Source: Mobula hypostoma (Eukaryota). Taken from it: 64,000 bases of DNA. Both the position numbers and the translations under genes were made by a program. A model generated the notes under the pieces. It saw nothing but the letters and a program-made list of their open reading frames with translations. It had not been told where the DNA came from and ran no database searches. The DNA is taken from the NCBI RefSeq assembly GCF_963921235.1, contig NC_086097.1, forward strand, positions 148,802,001 to 148,866,000. The letters are read 5' to 3'. Below, piece after piece: positions 1 through 13,600 of this stretch (positions are counted from its first letter, which is position 1; each line of letters starts with the position of its first letter).

Positions 1-126
1 GTCCCACTGAACTGCACTCAGCCCATAACCCGCCATTCCTTTCCTGTCCGTATACCTATCCAATTTTTCTTTAAATGATAATATCGAACCTGCTTCTGCC
101 ACTTCTACCGGAAGTTCGTTCAACAC
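1..126 (-). mobile_element. CR1 LINE 3' end fragment
   Basis: Resembles the reverse complement of other CR1 3' ends in the window (e.g. 40062-40280, and 55600-55780 on +). Confidence 0.6.
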
Positions 127-156
127 TTACTTCAAGCTCCCCTGTCCTCCCCTGAT

Positions 157-545
157 AATTGACTTATCACTATATTCATGAGAGGAAAATATGCGCTGTG
201 TGTTTAATATTAAATTCGTTAGATAAACCCTTTTAGAAATGAAATTGAATGTATTAGCCACTTAACACCTATATACCGGTCGTGATTAACACCCCCCCAC
301 CGAACAGAATCGCCAAAAATGATTTGTAGAAAAAAATCGGCACGTACACGCATGCGCACCGGTGCCTGCGCAAGGCTTCATGGTCATTGTAGTCTTTCTC
401 AGGGTAAACACAACATATGTTTGTATTTGACTGCTATTCTTGTCCATTGGCAACCCTACCCCCACCCCCCCACCGAGTCGACCGGTCTGCAAGAATATTG
501 TCAATAAAAAACCGTCTGCATTGCAAAAAAGGTTGGGGACCCCTG
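157..545 (+). mobile_element. Right arm of a non-autonomous hAT (Buster/Charlie-like) element
   Basis: 157-300 and ~470-545 align with 42848-43079; ends in TIR ggttggggacccctg at 545. Confidence 0.85.
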
Positions 546-554
546 TCTTACGGT

Positions 555-895
555 CTTATGGAATTCCCTCTGTTCTGAGCCTGGCCCTCTGGTCCACAAT
601 TCCCCTACTATGACTGTGGAAAACATTCTGTCCATATCCACTCTATCTAGGGCCTAGGCTTTTCAATATTCAACATGTTTCAAAGAGGTCCACCCTAGTT
701 CTTCTGAACTCCATTGAGTACAGTCCCAAAGCCATCAAACGCTCCTCATATATTAACTCTTTCATTCCCAGAATCATTCTAGTGAACCTCCTCTGGATCC
801 TCTCCAATGTCAGCACATTTTCTTAGATAAGGGGCCCAAAGCTGCTCACAATACCTCAAGTGCAGTCTGAGCTAAGCCTTATAATGTCTCAGATT
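555..895 (-). mobile_element. CR1 LINE fragment (RT C-terminal region)
   Basis: Reverse complement resembles the LVRPHLEYC..FW..LERVQRRFTRMIPG region. Confidence 0.7.
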
Positions 896-904
896 TATAC
901 GAAT

Positions 905-1880
905 AACGTTCTACTAGAATCGGTGCAGGGCTCTCTATTGTTTGTATTATACGGTATATCAATTATTTGGATGTAAATGTAGGTGGTCTGATTATTAAGT
1001 TTGCAGATAACACACATATTGTCAGAATTGTGGATGATCAGAGAGATTGTTGAAGTATACAACAGGATATAATTCAGATGGAAATTTGAATGGAGACATG
1101 ACAGATGTTGTTTTATGATATCATTGCAGGCCAAAGGCTTGTTCTTGTTCTTATTTTGTATGTTAGCTTAGATTTTAAAAATACAAACTTCAAACTCAAA
1201 TGCACATTTATCAGTCACTAAGAAACAAGGGGCAGAAGGTACACAGTTTGTTTGCCTTCATTGGTCAGGGCGTTAAGTATAACAATAGACAAGACATGAT
1301 GCAGTTGTATAAAACTTTGGTTAGACCATACTTGGAGTATTATCTTCAGTTCTGGTTTTCACACTATAGGAAGAATGTGGTTTTAAAGAGCTGCAGAAGC
1401 AGTTCACCAGGATATTGTCTGGATGGGAGTGTATTGGCTCAAAGGAGAGATCGGATGAACTTGGATTGTTTTCACTGGCACATCAGAGGCTGAATAGTGA
1501 CCTGAGAGATGTATACAAAATTATGAGAAGCATACTGTAGATAGAGTAAATAGAGTCTTTGTCCCAGATGGAAATGTCAAATACTAGAGGATGTACTGTA
1601 GATTTAAGATGAGAGGGTAAAAGTTTAAAGGAGATATGCGAGGCAAGTGTTTTCACTCCAAGAGTGATAGGTGCATGGAATATGTTACCAGTGGAAGTGG
1701 CAGAAACAGATATGATAGTAAAGCTTAGGAGGGTTTTAACTGAAAAGAATATAGAGAACTGCAAGGAATAGAGGGATTTCAGAACACGAGCTGACAAATG
1801 GGATTAGTTTGGATTGTCATCATGTTTGCTGCAAACATGGTGGGCTGAACGGACTGTGCCTGAACTGAACTGTTCTGTGT
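905..1880 (+). mobile_element. Degenerate CR1 LINE 3' half
   Basis: KFAD motif near 997-1008; ORF 1200-1493 LYKTLVRPYLEYYLQFW; CR1-type 3' tail near 1780-1880. Confidence 0.8.
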
Positions 1881-2914
1881 TAACTTTGATTTAAAGGTAC
1901 AAACTTTAATGAGTAGTCATCAGTCACAAAAAAACAAGGAGCATAATCCATGACAGATTGCTAATTAAATGTGAATTAAAGGGTCCTCACTTTCTATCGA
2001 TGTATTGTGTTCTGCAACTACTTGTCTCACTTTGTATTGCTCAATATGCTTCAAACAGCATTGCTGACAATTTAATAACTATAACTTACTGCAGACTTTC
2101 TGCACAACGCACAGTGGAAATGTACACTGCATTCTCAGCCAGAGTGATTAATTCATGCCTCAATGTGATGCGGGTCTGATCGTTGCATGGAATTCAGGTC
2201 TATTTAGAACCATCGGGTGTGAGTTGGAGATGGAAGGGGATGCAACTACTGGTGCTTATAGCAGCTGAATGTGCTTCTCCTCTCCTGTGTTAAGGTTGTC
2301 CTTTCCTGTAATTAGGAAAGCTCTTTTATGAATCTGACAGGGTACCATCAACTCAACAGCTGTGATCCCTGCTGGAAAAGATATAGGGAACAGATAAAGT
2401 TTTTACACACGAATCTTAATGAAAATCACTTTAATGACTTTTAAAACATGTTTCCCCACAACTCCTAATCTTTACTGAGAATTCTAATCAAGAACAGCAT
2501 TTAATGCAGCAACTGTTTAAAGCATACAGTTAAAAGGTGAATTGTAATTTTTAAGCGAGGATCTATTCTATCATAAAGGAAAAGAAATGTACTCATTTCA
2601 CTCCAGAGATCTTAGACAAATGGGCAACAGTAGATTAAATTGTTTATAGCAATGATACTTAAAGCATTTTGATCAAAATGTATTTATGGAACCTCTTCAT
2701 CTATATAAATGGGTCAGAACTGATTGTACAGGCCCAGATTAGGATCTTAATTAAATAATTTTCAATTATTGGCTAATGCAATATTCTTCCTTGTTGTGTG
2801 TCATTTTCCCCCCATTTCTTCTTCTTATGCCATTTTTCCTCCTCCTGTGGTTCTGCCTGATTAAGAAGGAGGTTGTTTAGCTGGGTGAAGCAGAACAACT
2901 TAATTGTCCTATGT

Positions 2915-3165
2915 TGCATCTTCTTCTTAAGCCATTCCTCGGCAAGAGTGTCTCCAGTTCCATGGGTTCTGAGATGACTAATCTGGCCAATGTTAGACCT
3001 ACAGCCCCTGCCATAGTGGATGAGGAAGTGCTTGCTGGAATGGGTTGACAGGCAGTCTGGGAATTACTTGTGCTTTTTCTTTTGGTTAGTCTGAACTTTA
3101 TTTGGGCTTCCAATGCATGGACTCAAGGCTCTCCATGCTGCTATGCTATTTTGAATAGTTCTAGA
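2915..3165 (-). mobile_element. RTE LINE 3' end
   Basis: Minus strand encodes a decayed C-terminal motif (..GRGCRSNIGQISHLRTH) followed by a short (AAG)n tail. Confidence 0.55.
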
Positions 3166-3414
3166 CCTATGTTTTGAATAAAACAAAAAAAATTGATGAA
3201 AATACTCAGCAGGTAAAGCAGCATCTGTGGAGAAGGAAACAGTTAATATTTTCAATTTCTGATGAACTTTCATCAGAACTGAACAGTTCATTAGTTCATC
3301 ATGCACCAATAAATCAAGTATTTTATTGAAAAGCAATTGACCAGATAAATAATTATACTTCTTCCAGCACAGATGCCTCCTGACCCACTGAGATTTCGAG
3401 TACTTTTGTTAATA

Positions 3415-4206
3415 TAGTGGATTCTAGTTAATTGCGTCATCAGCTAATCTGGGCAACTGCTAACTTGGGACAACACAAAGAACAAAAACTAACAAACTGT
3501 GAAAATTGGTGGGATTCCCTTCTTTTATTTGGGATACTATGCCGCTTAATTGGGGCAGGAGACTGTTGCCAAACAGGGTCTAAGTAGCACTAGTCATGCA
3601 CACTTGCATGGCCGTTAGACATTACCTCATGCTTAAGAGTGAACAGTTTTTAAATAACATCAGTTACATGTGTTTGTGTTCAAAAACCAGCGAATTCTGT
3701 CACTTAGTTGGCGAGAAATAAGCAGTAAGACAATACCAAACTGTTTTACTTCACTGTGGATTCAAGCAATCAGGCTTGGAGATGACAGAGCTGGCCAGGA
3801 GTGAAAATGAAATAATTTCACTACTTCAGCAAGTCAGGAACTACAAGGAGTTTGAAGGTAATGACAATCATCCTGAATGTTATAATGTAAATGAAGATTT
3901 GGAGGATGCAATTGTTGATAGCATTGTATGAAGGCAGTCCATTATCTGTATGAGGTGTCTGTGTTGATTATGTTCATTGTATACAGTGAATTCCTCAATT
4001 AGTAACTATAGTCAAACTGAAAACTCAGTTTTAAAGTATTGTAGTACAATTGGTAGTGTTCTGATTTCTTCTGTATTTCATTAAAGTACATAATTAGTTA
4101 CTCAGTTTGACTTTGAACCTTTTTAACTACATCCAAGAAGCTTCAGCCACTTTATTGGGCCAAAATGTACCGATCCCTATGTGACCCAATTAACCGGAAT
4201 CAACTG
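3415..4206 (+). mobile_element. Non-autonomous pogo/Tigger-like DNA transposon
   Basis: Imperfect TIRs tagtggattctagttaatt / aattaaccggaatcaactg; second copy in opposite orientation at 29987-30801. Confidence 0.7.
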
Positions 4207-4478
4207 TGTTTCAAATTTCAAGCATCTCCTGTTCTTTGTTTTCAAATTCTTATTCCATGCTCTTAACCTATAGTACAATAAACCTTTTATCTTCAAATCT
4301 TGGAGGCCTGCATCAGCATTTCCTGACAGACTTGACAGTTTGTGTTATCAAAGATCTGGTTCAGATTTGAAATGATTCTGACTATCAGAGAAACAGAAAT
4401 ATTTAAAAAAGTTTAATTAATAAAAATATTACAAAACATTATCAAATAAAACCAAAATCGATTATTTAAATTTCTTTA

Positions 4479-5510
4479 CAGTGCCTATAATAAGTATTCA
4501 GCCCCCTTGGAAGTTTTCAGGTTTTATAAATTGAATCACAATGGATTTAATTTGGCTTTTTTGACACTGATCAACAGAAAAATGACTTTTGTGTCAAAGC
4601 GAAAACAGACCTCTATAAAGTGATCTAAATTAATTACAAATATAAAATACAAAATAATTGATTGCATACCTATTCACCTCCTTTAATTTGACACACCAAA
4701 TCATCACTGGTGCAGCCAATTGGTTTTGGAAGTCACATGATTAGTTAAATGGAGATCACCTGTGTGCAGTCAAGGTGTTTCAATTGGTTATAGTAAAAAT
4801 ACACCTGTATTTGGAAGGTCTAGTTGCTGGTGAGACAGTATCCTAACAAAAATTATCATGAAAACAAAAGACCACTCTAAGCAACTCTGTAAAAAGGTTA
4901 TTGAAAAGCACAAGTCAGGAGATGGATACAAGAGCATTTATAACTCACTGAATATCCCTTGGAGTAAAGTTAAGTCAATTAACAATAAGTGGAAATAAAA
5001 AGAATAAAGTACAACTGTAAATCTCTTAAAGCAGTCCATCCTCAAAAACTGAGTGACCATGCAAGGAGGGAACTAGCGAGGGAGGCCATAAAGAGACCTG
5101 TGACAACTCTGGAAGAGTTACAAACTTCAGAGGCTGAGATGGGAGAGACTGCACATGCAAATAACTGTTGCCCAAGTGCTTCACCAGTTGCAGCTCTATG
5201 GGAGACCGTTGGAAAAAAAAACTCACATGAAATCTCAGCTAGAATTTGCCAGAACGCATGTGGGAGACTTGGAAGTCAGTTGGAAGAAGGTTCTATGGTC
5301 TGATGAAACCAAAATTTAGCTTTTTGGCCATCAGACTAAACACTATAGTGTAAACCAAACACCGCACATCACATCAGCTAAAACACAGCATCCCTACTGT
5401 GAAGCATGGTGGTGGCTGCATCATGCTCTGGGAATGCTTCACTGCAGCAGACCCTGGAAGACTTGGAAGAATTGTGAAGGTAGAAGCTAAAATGAATGCA
5501 GCAAAATACA
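4479..5510 (+). mobile_element. 3'-truncated Tc1 transposon
   Basis: TA then TIR cagtgcctataataagtattca; frameshifted transposase from ATG 4858 through [17 protein letters not shown] and MNAAKY; no right TIR. Confidence 0.9.
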
Positions 5511-5829
5511 TAAGTGACGCTTGCTGTTAGATTTTCTTTAATACCCTTACAGGTTCCCTTAAGTTCTTTAGAAAAGGAAACATGATGCCCTGAACCAGAT
5601 CATTTTCAATGCCAGTTTTACAAACACATGGTCGATTCTAACTATTCATTAAGTTGCACTGCGATGCACTCAGTTGTATCACTATCTTCTCAGAATGATA
5701 AATGACAGACATTCCAGTGATCTGCTGAGAATGAAGTAAAATAATGATTTAAGTCAAATGTTGAGATTTCTTTCTCAAAATCTTCCTTTTTCCTCAGCCA
5801 GCCAGTTCAAACCTTTTCAAGAGAAATTA

Positions 5830-7434
5830 CAGTCCCTATAAAAAGTATTCACCGCTGCACCCCCCCCCCCGGAAGTTTTCATGTTTTATTGTTTGACAAC
5901 ATTGAATCACAGTGATATTAATTTGGCTTTTTTTTTTACATCCATCAGCAGAAAAAGACTTTTTTATCACAGTGAAAACAGATCTCTACAAAGTGATCTA
6001 AATTAATTACAAATATAAAACACAGAATAATTGACTGAATAAGTATTCACCCCCCCCCCCTTAACATGACACACCAAATTATCACTAATGCAGCCAATGG
6101 GTTTTAGACTCATAATGAGTTAAATAGAGATGTGTTTTTTGCACACCCCTGTGCAGTCAAGGTATTTCAATTGTAGTAAAAATACACTTGTATCCACCTT
6201 TGTCACTATCCTGGCAAAAACAACACCATGAAGACAAATGAACACTCTATGCAACTCCAGAAAAAGGATATTGAAAAGCACAAGTCAGGAGATGGATACA
6301 AGAAAATTTCCAAGTCACTGAATATCCCTAGGAGTACAGTTAAGTCAATCATCAAGAAATGGAAAGAATATAGCACAGTTGAAAATCTGCCTAAAGCGAG
6401 CGATCCTCAGAAACCGAGAAACCGCGTAAAAAGGGGACTGTTGAGGGAGGCCACCAAGAGACCTATGACAACTCTGGAGGAGTTGCAAGCTTCAGCAGCT
6501 GAGATGGGAGAGACTGTGCATACAACAACTGTTGTCCAGGTACTTTACTGGTCACAGTTTTATGGGAGAGTGAAAAAGAAAAAAGCCACTGTTGAAAAAA
6601 ATCTCACATGAAATCTCAGCTAGAGTTTGCCAAAAGCATGTGGGAGACTCTGAAGTCAGCTGGAAGAAGGTTCGATGGTCTGATGAAACCAAAACTGAGC
6701 TTTTTGGCCATCAGACTAAACACAATGTTTGGCGTAAACCAAATACCGCACATCATCAAAAACGCCGTGAAGCATGGTGGCGGCTGCATCATGCTGTGGG
6801 GATGCTTCACTGCAGCAGGCCCTGGAAGGCTTGAGAAGGTAGAGGGTAAATGAATGCAGCAAAGTTTAGGGAAATCCTGGAGGAAAACCTGATGCAGTCT
6901 GCAGGAGAACTGCGACTTGGGAGAAGATTTGTTTTCCAGCAAGACAATGACCCCAAATGTAAAGCCAAAGCTACAAAGGAATGGCTTAAAAACAACAAAG
7001 TTAATGTCCTGGAGTGGCCAAGTCAGAGTCCAGATCTCAATCCAACTGAGAATTTGTGGCTGGATTTGAAAAAGGCTACTCACTCACGATCCCCATGCAA
7101 ACTGATGGAGCTTGAGCAGTTTTGTAAAGAAGAATGGGGGAAAAATCGCAGTGTTCAGATGTGCAAAGCTAATGGTGACATATCCACACATACTCAAAGT
7201 TGTAATTGCTGCCAAAGGTGCATCTACTAAATACTTTCTTGAAGGGGGTCAATTATTTTGTGTTTTATATTTGTAATTAATTTAGATCACTTTTTGGAGA
7301 TCTATTTTGACTTTGACACAAGAGTTTTTTTCTGTTGATCAGTGTCAAAAAAAGACAAATTAAATCCACTCAATGTTGTAAAACAGTAAAACATTGAAAC
7401 TTCCAAGGGGGCTGAATACTTTTTATAGGCACTG
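5830..7434 (+). mobile_element. Full-length (1605 bp) Tc1 transposon of IR/DR type with frameshifted DD34E transposase
   Basis: TA on both flanks; long inverted repeats; transposase split over ORFs 6228-6611, 6592-6834, 6608-6853, 6850-7230 with [24 protein letters not shown]. Confidence 0.95.
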
Positions 7435-7917
7435 TAGAGTAAACAGGTAAAATGATGACTATCTTGAGCTCGTTTTTGCAGTGTGCAGAAAGAACTCTTT
7501 GGAGATTAATCCACATACCAGTAATTCTGGTTCTGGTATAGCTCTATATTTCAGTTTGACTGCTGCTCAGAGTGATCATTAGGAGAGATAGAATGATTTT
7601 TTTTAAATGTTTGGGTTGCACTGCTGCTTACACCCTATCCCTCCAAACAGGTCTCATGGCCAGATTGTAGCTCCCCAAGTAATTGATGTCTCATTTCTAC
7701 ACTGTAGTCTAAGTGTGGAGTGTCATTCTAGATGATATGCTCAAGTTAAGGAACACATGAACACAAGAAAATAGGAGTAGATGTAAAACACTGGATCTCA
7801 CCATTCAATATCATAACTGATTTGCTCTGGACCTCAACTCCTCTTCTGTGGCAGTTCCCCATGGCCCTAAATTCCCCTAAAAGTTATCTACATCCCTTTT
7901 ATATACCTTGAGGGACA

Positions 7918-8137
7918 TGAAGAAGAAGAAAGCCCTTAACTCCGAGTGAAGTCATCGGGACGCCGTCGTAACGGCGTTTTTTTTTTAAAGCAAGTTTTCT
8001 TACTTTTACAAGGCCAAGTTGCTAGCTCGACACTCCACTCAGCACGGAAGGAAAGCGTGCAAGGGAGTCGGCTGGATTCAAACTCGGAAGCCTTCACTCC
8101 AAAGTCCGGTGCTGATGCCACTACGCCACCAGCTGGC
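7918..8137 (-). mobile_element. tRNA-derived SINE
   Basis: Minus-strand head gccagctggtggcgtagtggcatc (A box) and gagtttgaatcc (B box); (TTC)n tail. Confidence 0.75.
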
Positions 8138-8384
8138 TTTGAGGGACTTAGCTTCCAAAACAAATTATGCCATCTTATCTCGTAACTATGTCACCTTCTT
8201 TGTGACTCTACCAGTAGTGGGAACATCTTAACATCTACCTTGTCATGCACCTTTATTAACCTATGTGATTCAATCAAATCATCCCTCATTCTTTTAAACT
8301 AGCAATTTTATCAAAGCTAATGATGTGCTACCAGCAATAGTGATAGTGGTAGCTTTAATCCGCAAGAGGCTAAAGGGAGACTAG

Positions 8385-8673
8385 CTTTATTTGTCACATG
8401 TACATCAAAACATACAGTGAAATGTGCTGTTTGATTCATCAACTCAAATCAGCGAAAAACGTGCCCACAAGTTTTGCCAGTCTTCCAGCACCAAAGTGGC
8501 ATGTCCACAGTGCACCCTCACTGTACGATGGAAAACACAGCACCTGGTGGAAACCTATGTGGTCGGGGGAAAACATACAAACTCCTTACAGGTACTGGCT
8601 GGTATTGAATCCTGATTTATGATTGCTGGTGCTGTAAAGTGATGCACTAACCTCTATGCTACTATGCCACCCC
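8385..8673 (-). mobile_element. V-SINE (HE1-like), degenerate
   Basis: tRNA head plus V-domain-like gtaaggagtttgtatgttttcccc..ggtttccaccaggtgct on minus; related copy at 32255-32535. Confidence 0.65.
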
Positions 8674-9299
8674 AATGAGCTAAGAATTCATACAGCACAG
8701 AAAAAGGTCATTCAACCACGATGACTATATAGATGATTAAGTACCTATATACTGTATATTAATCACATTTACCGGTTCAAGGCCTAGCACACTTTGATAA
8801 TTCAAGTGCCTTTTTCAATAGTCCATTAAGTTCTTACAATAATCCAAATGCTTTCATTACTGCCGAGTGCAGACAATGCTTGTACTTGTGCTCAATGGTA
8901 TTTCTGTGGTCCCATGCCACTTATGTATTAATCATGGATGGAAGTTCTTTTCATTTTTAGATGTTTATAGAGTTGACATAGCCACATGAATGAAATCTAC
9001 AATAGATTAAATTTCTCTTCAGCATTGTACTTATTACTCATTCCATTAGGAAAATTGACAATGAGACTGCCTGATGCAGCACTTAGGCATCTTCTGCATT
9101 GCTGAATATATCTATGAAAAGCAGTAACCAAAATTAAACAACAGAATATGATAATAGAGTAAAATGTATAGTACTCAATGAGTATAATCAGACTTGAAAT
9201 CTTTCAAAAGTCAGAAAAGTTCCCATATTATTGTTTTTGCATCAGTTTATATGGGCACCATGACTGATTTTCTGATATTCATTCTATGCACAATTGGAG

Positions 9300-10603
9300 A
9301 AATCCATATACACTACATCTACTGCTCTACTTTCATCAATGCATTTAGTCACATCCTCAAAAAATTCAATCAGATCATAAGGCACGACCTGCCTTTGACA
9401 AAGCCATGCTGACTCTTCCTTATCATATTATGTCTCTCCAAATGTTCATAAATCCTGCCTCTCAGGATCTTCTCCATCAACTTACCAACCACTGAAGTAA
9501 GACTCACTAGTCTATAATTTCATGGTTATCTCTACTCCTTCTCTTGAACAAGGGAATAACATCTGCAACCCTCCAATCCTCCGGAACCTCCCCCATCCCC
9601 ATTGATGATGCAAAGATCATTGCCAGAGGCTCAGCAATCTCCTCCCTCACCTCCCTGAATATCCAACTTGATGCTTTCCAAAAGCTCCAGCACATCCTCT
9701 TTCTTAACGTCTATATGCTCAAGCTTTTCAGTCTGCTGTAAGTCATCCCTACAATTGCCAAGATCCTTTTCCATAATGAATACAGAAGGAAAGTATTCAT
9801 TAATTACCTCCGCTATCTCCTCTGATTCCATGTACATTTTTCCACTGTCACACTTGATTGGTCCAATTCTCTCACATCTTATCTTCTTGCTCTTCGCATG
9901 CTTGTAGAATGCCTTTGGGTTTTCCTTAATCCTGCCCACCAAGGCCTTCTCATGGCCCCTTCTGGCTCTCCTAATTTCATTCTTAAACTCCTTCCTGCTA
10001 CCCTTATAATCTGCTAGATCTCTATCATTACCTAGTTTTTTTAACCTTTCATAAGCTTTTCCTTTCTTCCTGACTAGATTTTCAACAGCCTTTGTACACC
10101 ATGGTTACTGTACCCTACCATCCTTACCCTGTCTCATTGGAACGTACATATGCACAACGTCACGCAAATATCCCCTGAATATTTGCCACATTTCTGCCGT
10201 ACATTTCCCTGAGAACATCTGTTTCCAATTTATACTTCCAAGTTCCTGCCTGATAGCTTCATATTTCCCCTTACTCCAATTAAGTGCTTTCCTATCTTGT
10301 CTGATCCTATCTCTCTCCAATGTTATGGTAAAGGAGGTAGAATTGTGATCACTACCTCCAAAATGCTCTCCCACTGAGAGACCTGACACCTGATCAGGTT
10401 CATTTCCCAATACCAGATCAAGTTCAGCCTCTCCTCTTGTAGGCTTATCTACAAACGTACATATTGTGTCAGGAAACCTTCCGAACACACCTAACAAACT
10501 CCACCCCATCTAAACCCCTTGCTCTAGGGAGATGCCACTCTGTGTTGGGGAAATTAAATGTCCCACCACAATAACCCTGTTATTATTGCATCTTTCCAGA
10601 ATC
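9300..10603 (-). mobile_element. CR1 LINE fragment (endonuclease C-terminus to RT N-terminus)
   Basis: ORFs 10105-10509 (PTRGEAELDLVL..FGGSDHN), 9631-9942 (IKENPKAFY), 9507-9695 (GEVPEDWRVADVIPLFK). Confidence 0.9.
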
Positions 10604-13600
10604 CATTCTACCATTTCTTCCATTTCTTCCATTGTACATTGCATATGTAAACGATATGTGAGTGAGATAAACATGAGTTAACAGTTCAAAACTGGAATGA
10701 AGTGTTAGTTTTTATCCAAAGGATAGTCAGTAAAAATTTAAGTTTAAATGCATTTAATTTTTTTTAGGTTAAAATAAAAAACCTTGTACAACTGAATTTA
10801 AAGCAACACGTTTTGATGAAGAAAAGTGCTAGAGTCTGAGATTATTCTGCAAAATATTTGAAAATTCAAATTGCAACAAGAAGATATCTACTAAGTAACT
10901 GGACAGTTGACATGCAGATTTTCTTATCCCTGCTCACATTTTTTGGTGGTCTTTTCCATTACTCTTTGTGGATACAGAGGAACATTAGCAATAAGATAAC
11001 GACAGATTGTTGGTGACTTGTAAGGAGGTGATGGGTGATGACCCATACCGAAAGCCTCTGCTACAGAAGTCGAATGACATCAGCACACTGAACCAAACTA
11101 TAAAGAGGAGAGCTAGGAGCTTAGATATGTATCATCCATCTCCTTGGTTCTGCGGAAAGAAAGAACTATTCACATCAGTTTAAGTCAAGCAAGAATGGTT
11201 TTTCCATTAAGTAGTAGTTTTAGTGTTCTGTATTAATGAATCAAGCAGAGCCTGAATCAAATGATGACTAGAAATGCCAACCAACTTGTGTTGGACTCAA
11301 AAATAATTGCATAGTAACAATAAGAGTTATAGGAACTAAGGAACAAGCAAAATTTGTTTGACAAATAATGGCTGCCCTGATATTTTCTTTGCTGGGGGTA
11401 TTCTTTATTTAATTTTGTTGCAATCCTGATTATACTTATATCATTATACCTGATTTTATATGCACGGTCTTCTGAGTTAAATCATTCCACGTTACCAACC
11501 AATTGTGCGTAAATTTGTTTCACAGGCCCTTTAATACCAGGTCCAGTTTAAATTGAAGATCAGAAAATCCTTGTAATTTCAATGTAGTAGCATTTTAGCC
11601 AGTTTCATAATGTCCCTGGTACAGTAGAGTTTTACATTTTAATCCCATTATTAACTATATTTCATATGGAACTTTGTGAGTACAACAATATCAACTCCAC
11701 ATTATAATTACCTAGTTCATCATTTCAAACATGTTAGTTCCAGTGGCATTATGTTTTACAACACATGATCAATTTAATATATGTCTTTATGATAATTCCA
11801 AATAAAAATCATAACAAATAGTACCAGTAGAATGCAATTAATGCCCTAGCAGTAGTTTGACATGCCAGTCTCAGAGATGACCCACATCAAGCCTACCAAC
11901 ATTGTAAAACATTTATCTTCATAGATGTTCTTTTGGTTATACAGAACATAGTACCGTACAGCCAAGGATCAGGCCATTTGGCCCATGATAGCAGTGCCGA
12001 CTAATTAATGCCAATCTAACTAATCCTATCTACCTACACAAAGTCCATATCCCCTCTATACCTTGTCCATTTACCTATCCAAAATGCTTCCTAAACATTA
12101 CGGTGGTACCTAGTTCCACCACCTTCCCTGGCAGACTGTTCCAGGCCAGAATGTATAATGTTTTACATTTAATTCCTTTAAAATCCATTTTCTAATCCAT
12201 AATCCAATCAATTTGAATACAGTGCATCTGGGAAATAACAAAACACATCTACTTCTCTTTGAAACAAAAAGCTGAGTGTCAACATTGATGGCGAAATAGC
12301 TGAAAGCGGGATAAGTAATAGCAAAGTGATGATAACATAATTTGGTCAACAGACACAAGTCGAAGGAATTGGAAGAATAGGTAGTTGGGGTAAGGGGTAA
12401 GTATTCATGGTTATTGTAGAGCAAGAGGCCACAAACACAGGACTGGGTGATGCCATTAATGAAATTAAGCACATGAGTGAATGTGATAAATTTGAACCGT
12501 AAGTGGACAGAGTTTTTATTCTAGGTTAGGGAAAAAGAGACAAAATGGATGACAATTTGGTGTGCTAAATCCAGCCTTCTTGTTCAATTCCCTCTTGATT
12601 AAAATCATCTAATTTCTAATATTCTAAATGTATAATATTTATTAAAGGGTAATCATCTGCAGCTTAAACTTTTGATTCAAAAATTGGATCTGCTGAAATG
12701 CTTTCTTTGAACCACAATAGCAAGTGAGAAAAGTTTAACAATCAGATGTTAAGGTCTGATTAATTTCACAAACAGATTAATAATGAGTTCTGTCTTGTAA
12801 TAGATGTTATTTTTACATTGAAGGTAGAAATATGAAGAGGTATTATACATTACTGGTGTAAAAAACTAGGACCACTAGTGGTCAATACTTTAATTAAGTG
12901 TTTGTTACAAAAATACTACCTGCATCACCCATTGGCATAGATTTCCCTAAGCTTTGTCTTCAAGTTATGCATGCTTAAAAAGTGAAAGAATACTGTATAC
13001 TGTACAAAGATCATGACATCATGAGGTGTGAAACAGGTACAGTAACAGTGGCAATTACACGAACAATGATCACAGAACGACACAAAAATGTAAATGTTGT
13101 ACTAATAGAGAAAACAGTGCTCGTTTGAGTTTAGGCTAAGACACAATGTGGATTTAAAGTAGGATTGATTTAATGTGCACATAAGCAAATTATTGCCTAA
13201 CCTCAAAATACCTGTGTTTTAGCTTGGTACGTTTTATAGCATTCTTGACTCTGTACTGCAAGGTCTTGGGCTTAGCCTGTATGACTACTCATATTATTCT
13301 TGAGCCTTGCCGTCACATTCTCAATTTAATCACTATGAAATTTGTTCCATAAATTAAATTACATTACACAGTGTTAGAAGAGTAGGAGCTCCCATTTTAG
13401 GGTTAACTGTCCTTAGCTCAGCACCCAAGTACAAATTATCAAAAAGTTTAACAGAAATGGACATTAACAAACAAAAGAATGCTGAAGCTGATTGCTGTTT
13501 GCCTGATATTTAAAGGGGGTGCTGATGGCAACTCTTATTTTTTAATGATGTTGCCTGATCTTCATTGATTTCCTGTTTCCATTGACATAAGGATTGCAGT

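Noticed and set aside
8060..8137. tRNA gene
   Set aside because: SINE head; no complete cloverleaf and it runs into a SINE body and tail
11031..11183. 50-codon ORF MGDDPYRK..RRARSLD..
   Set aside because: Short, no supporting splice chain and no recognisable homology
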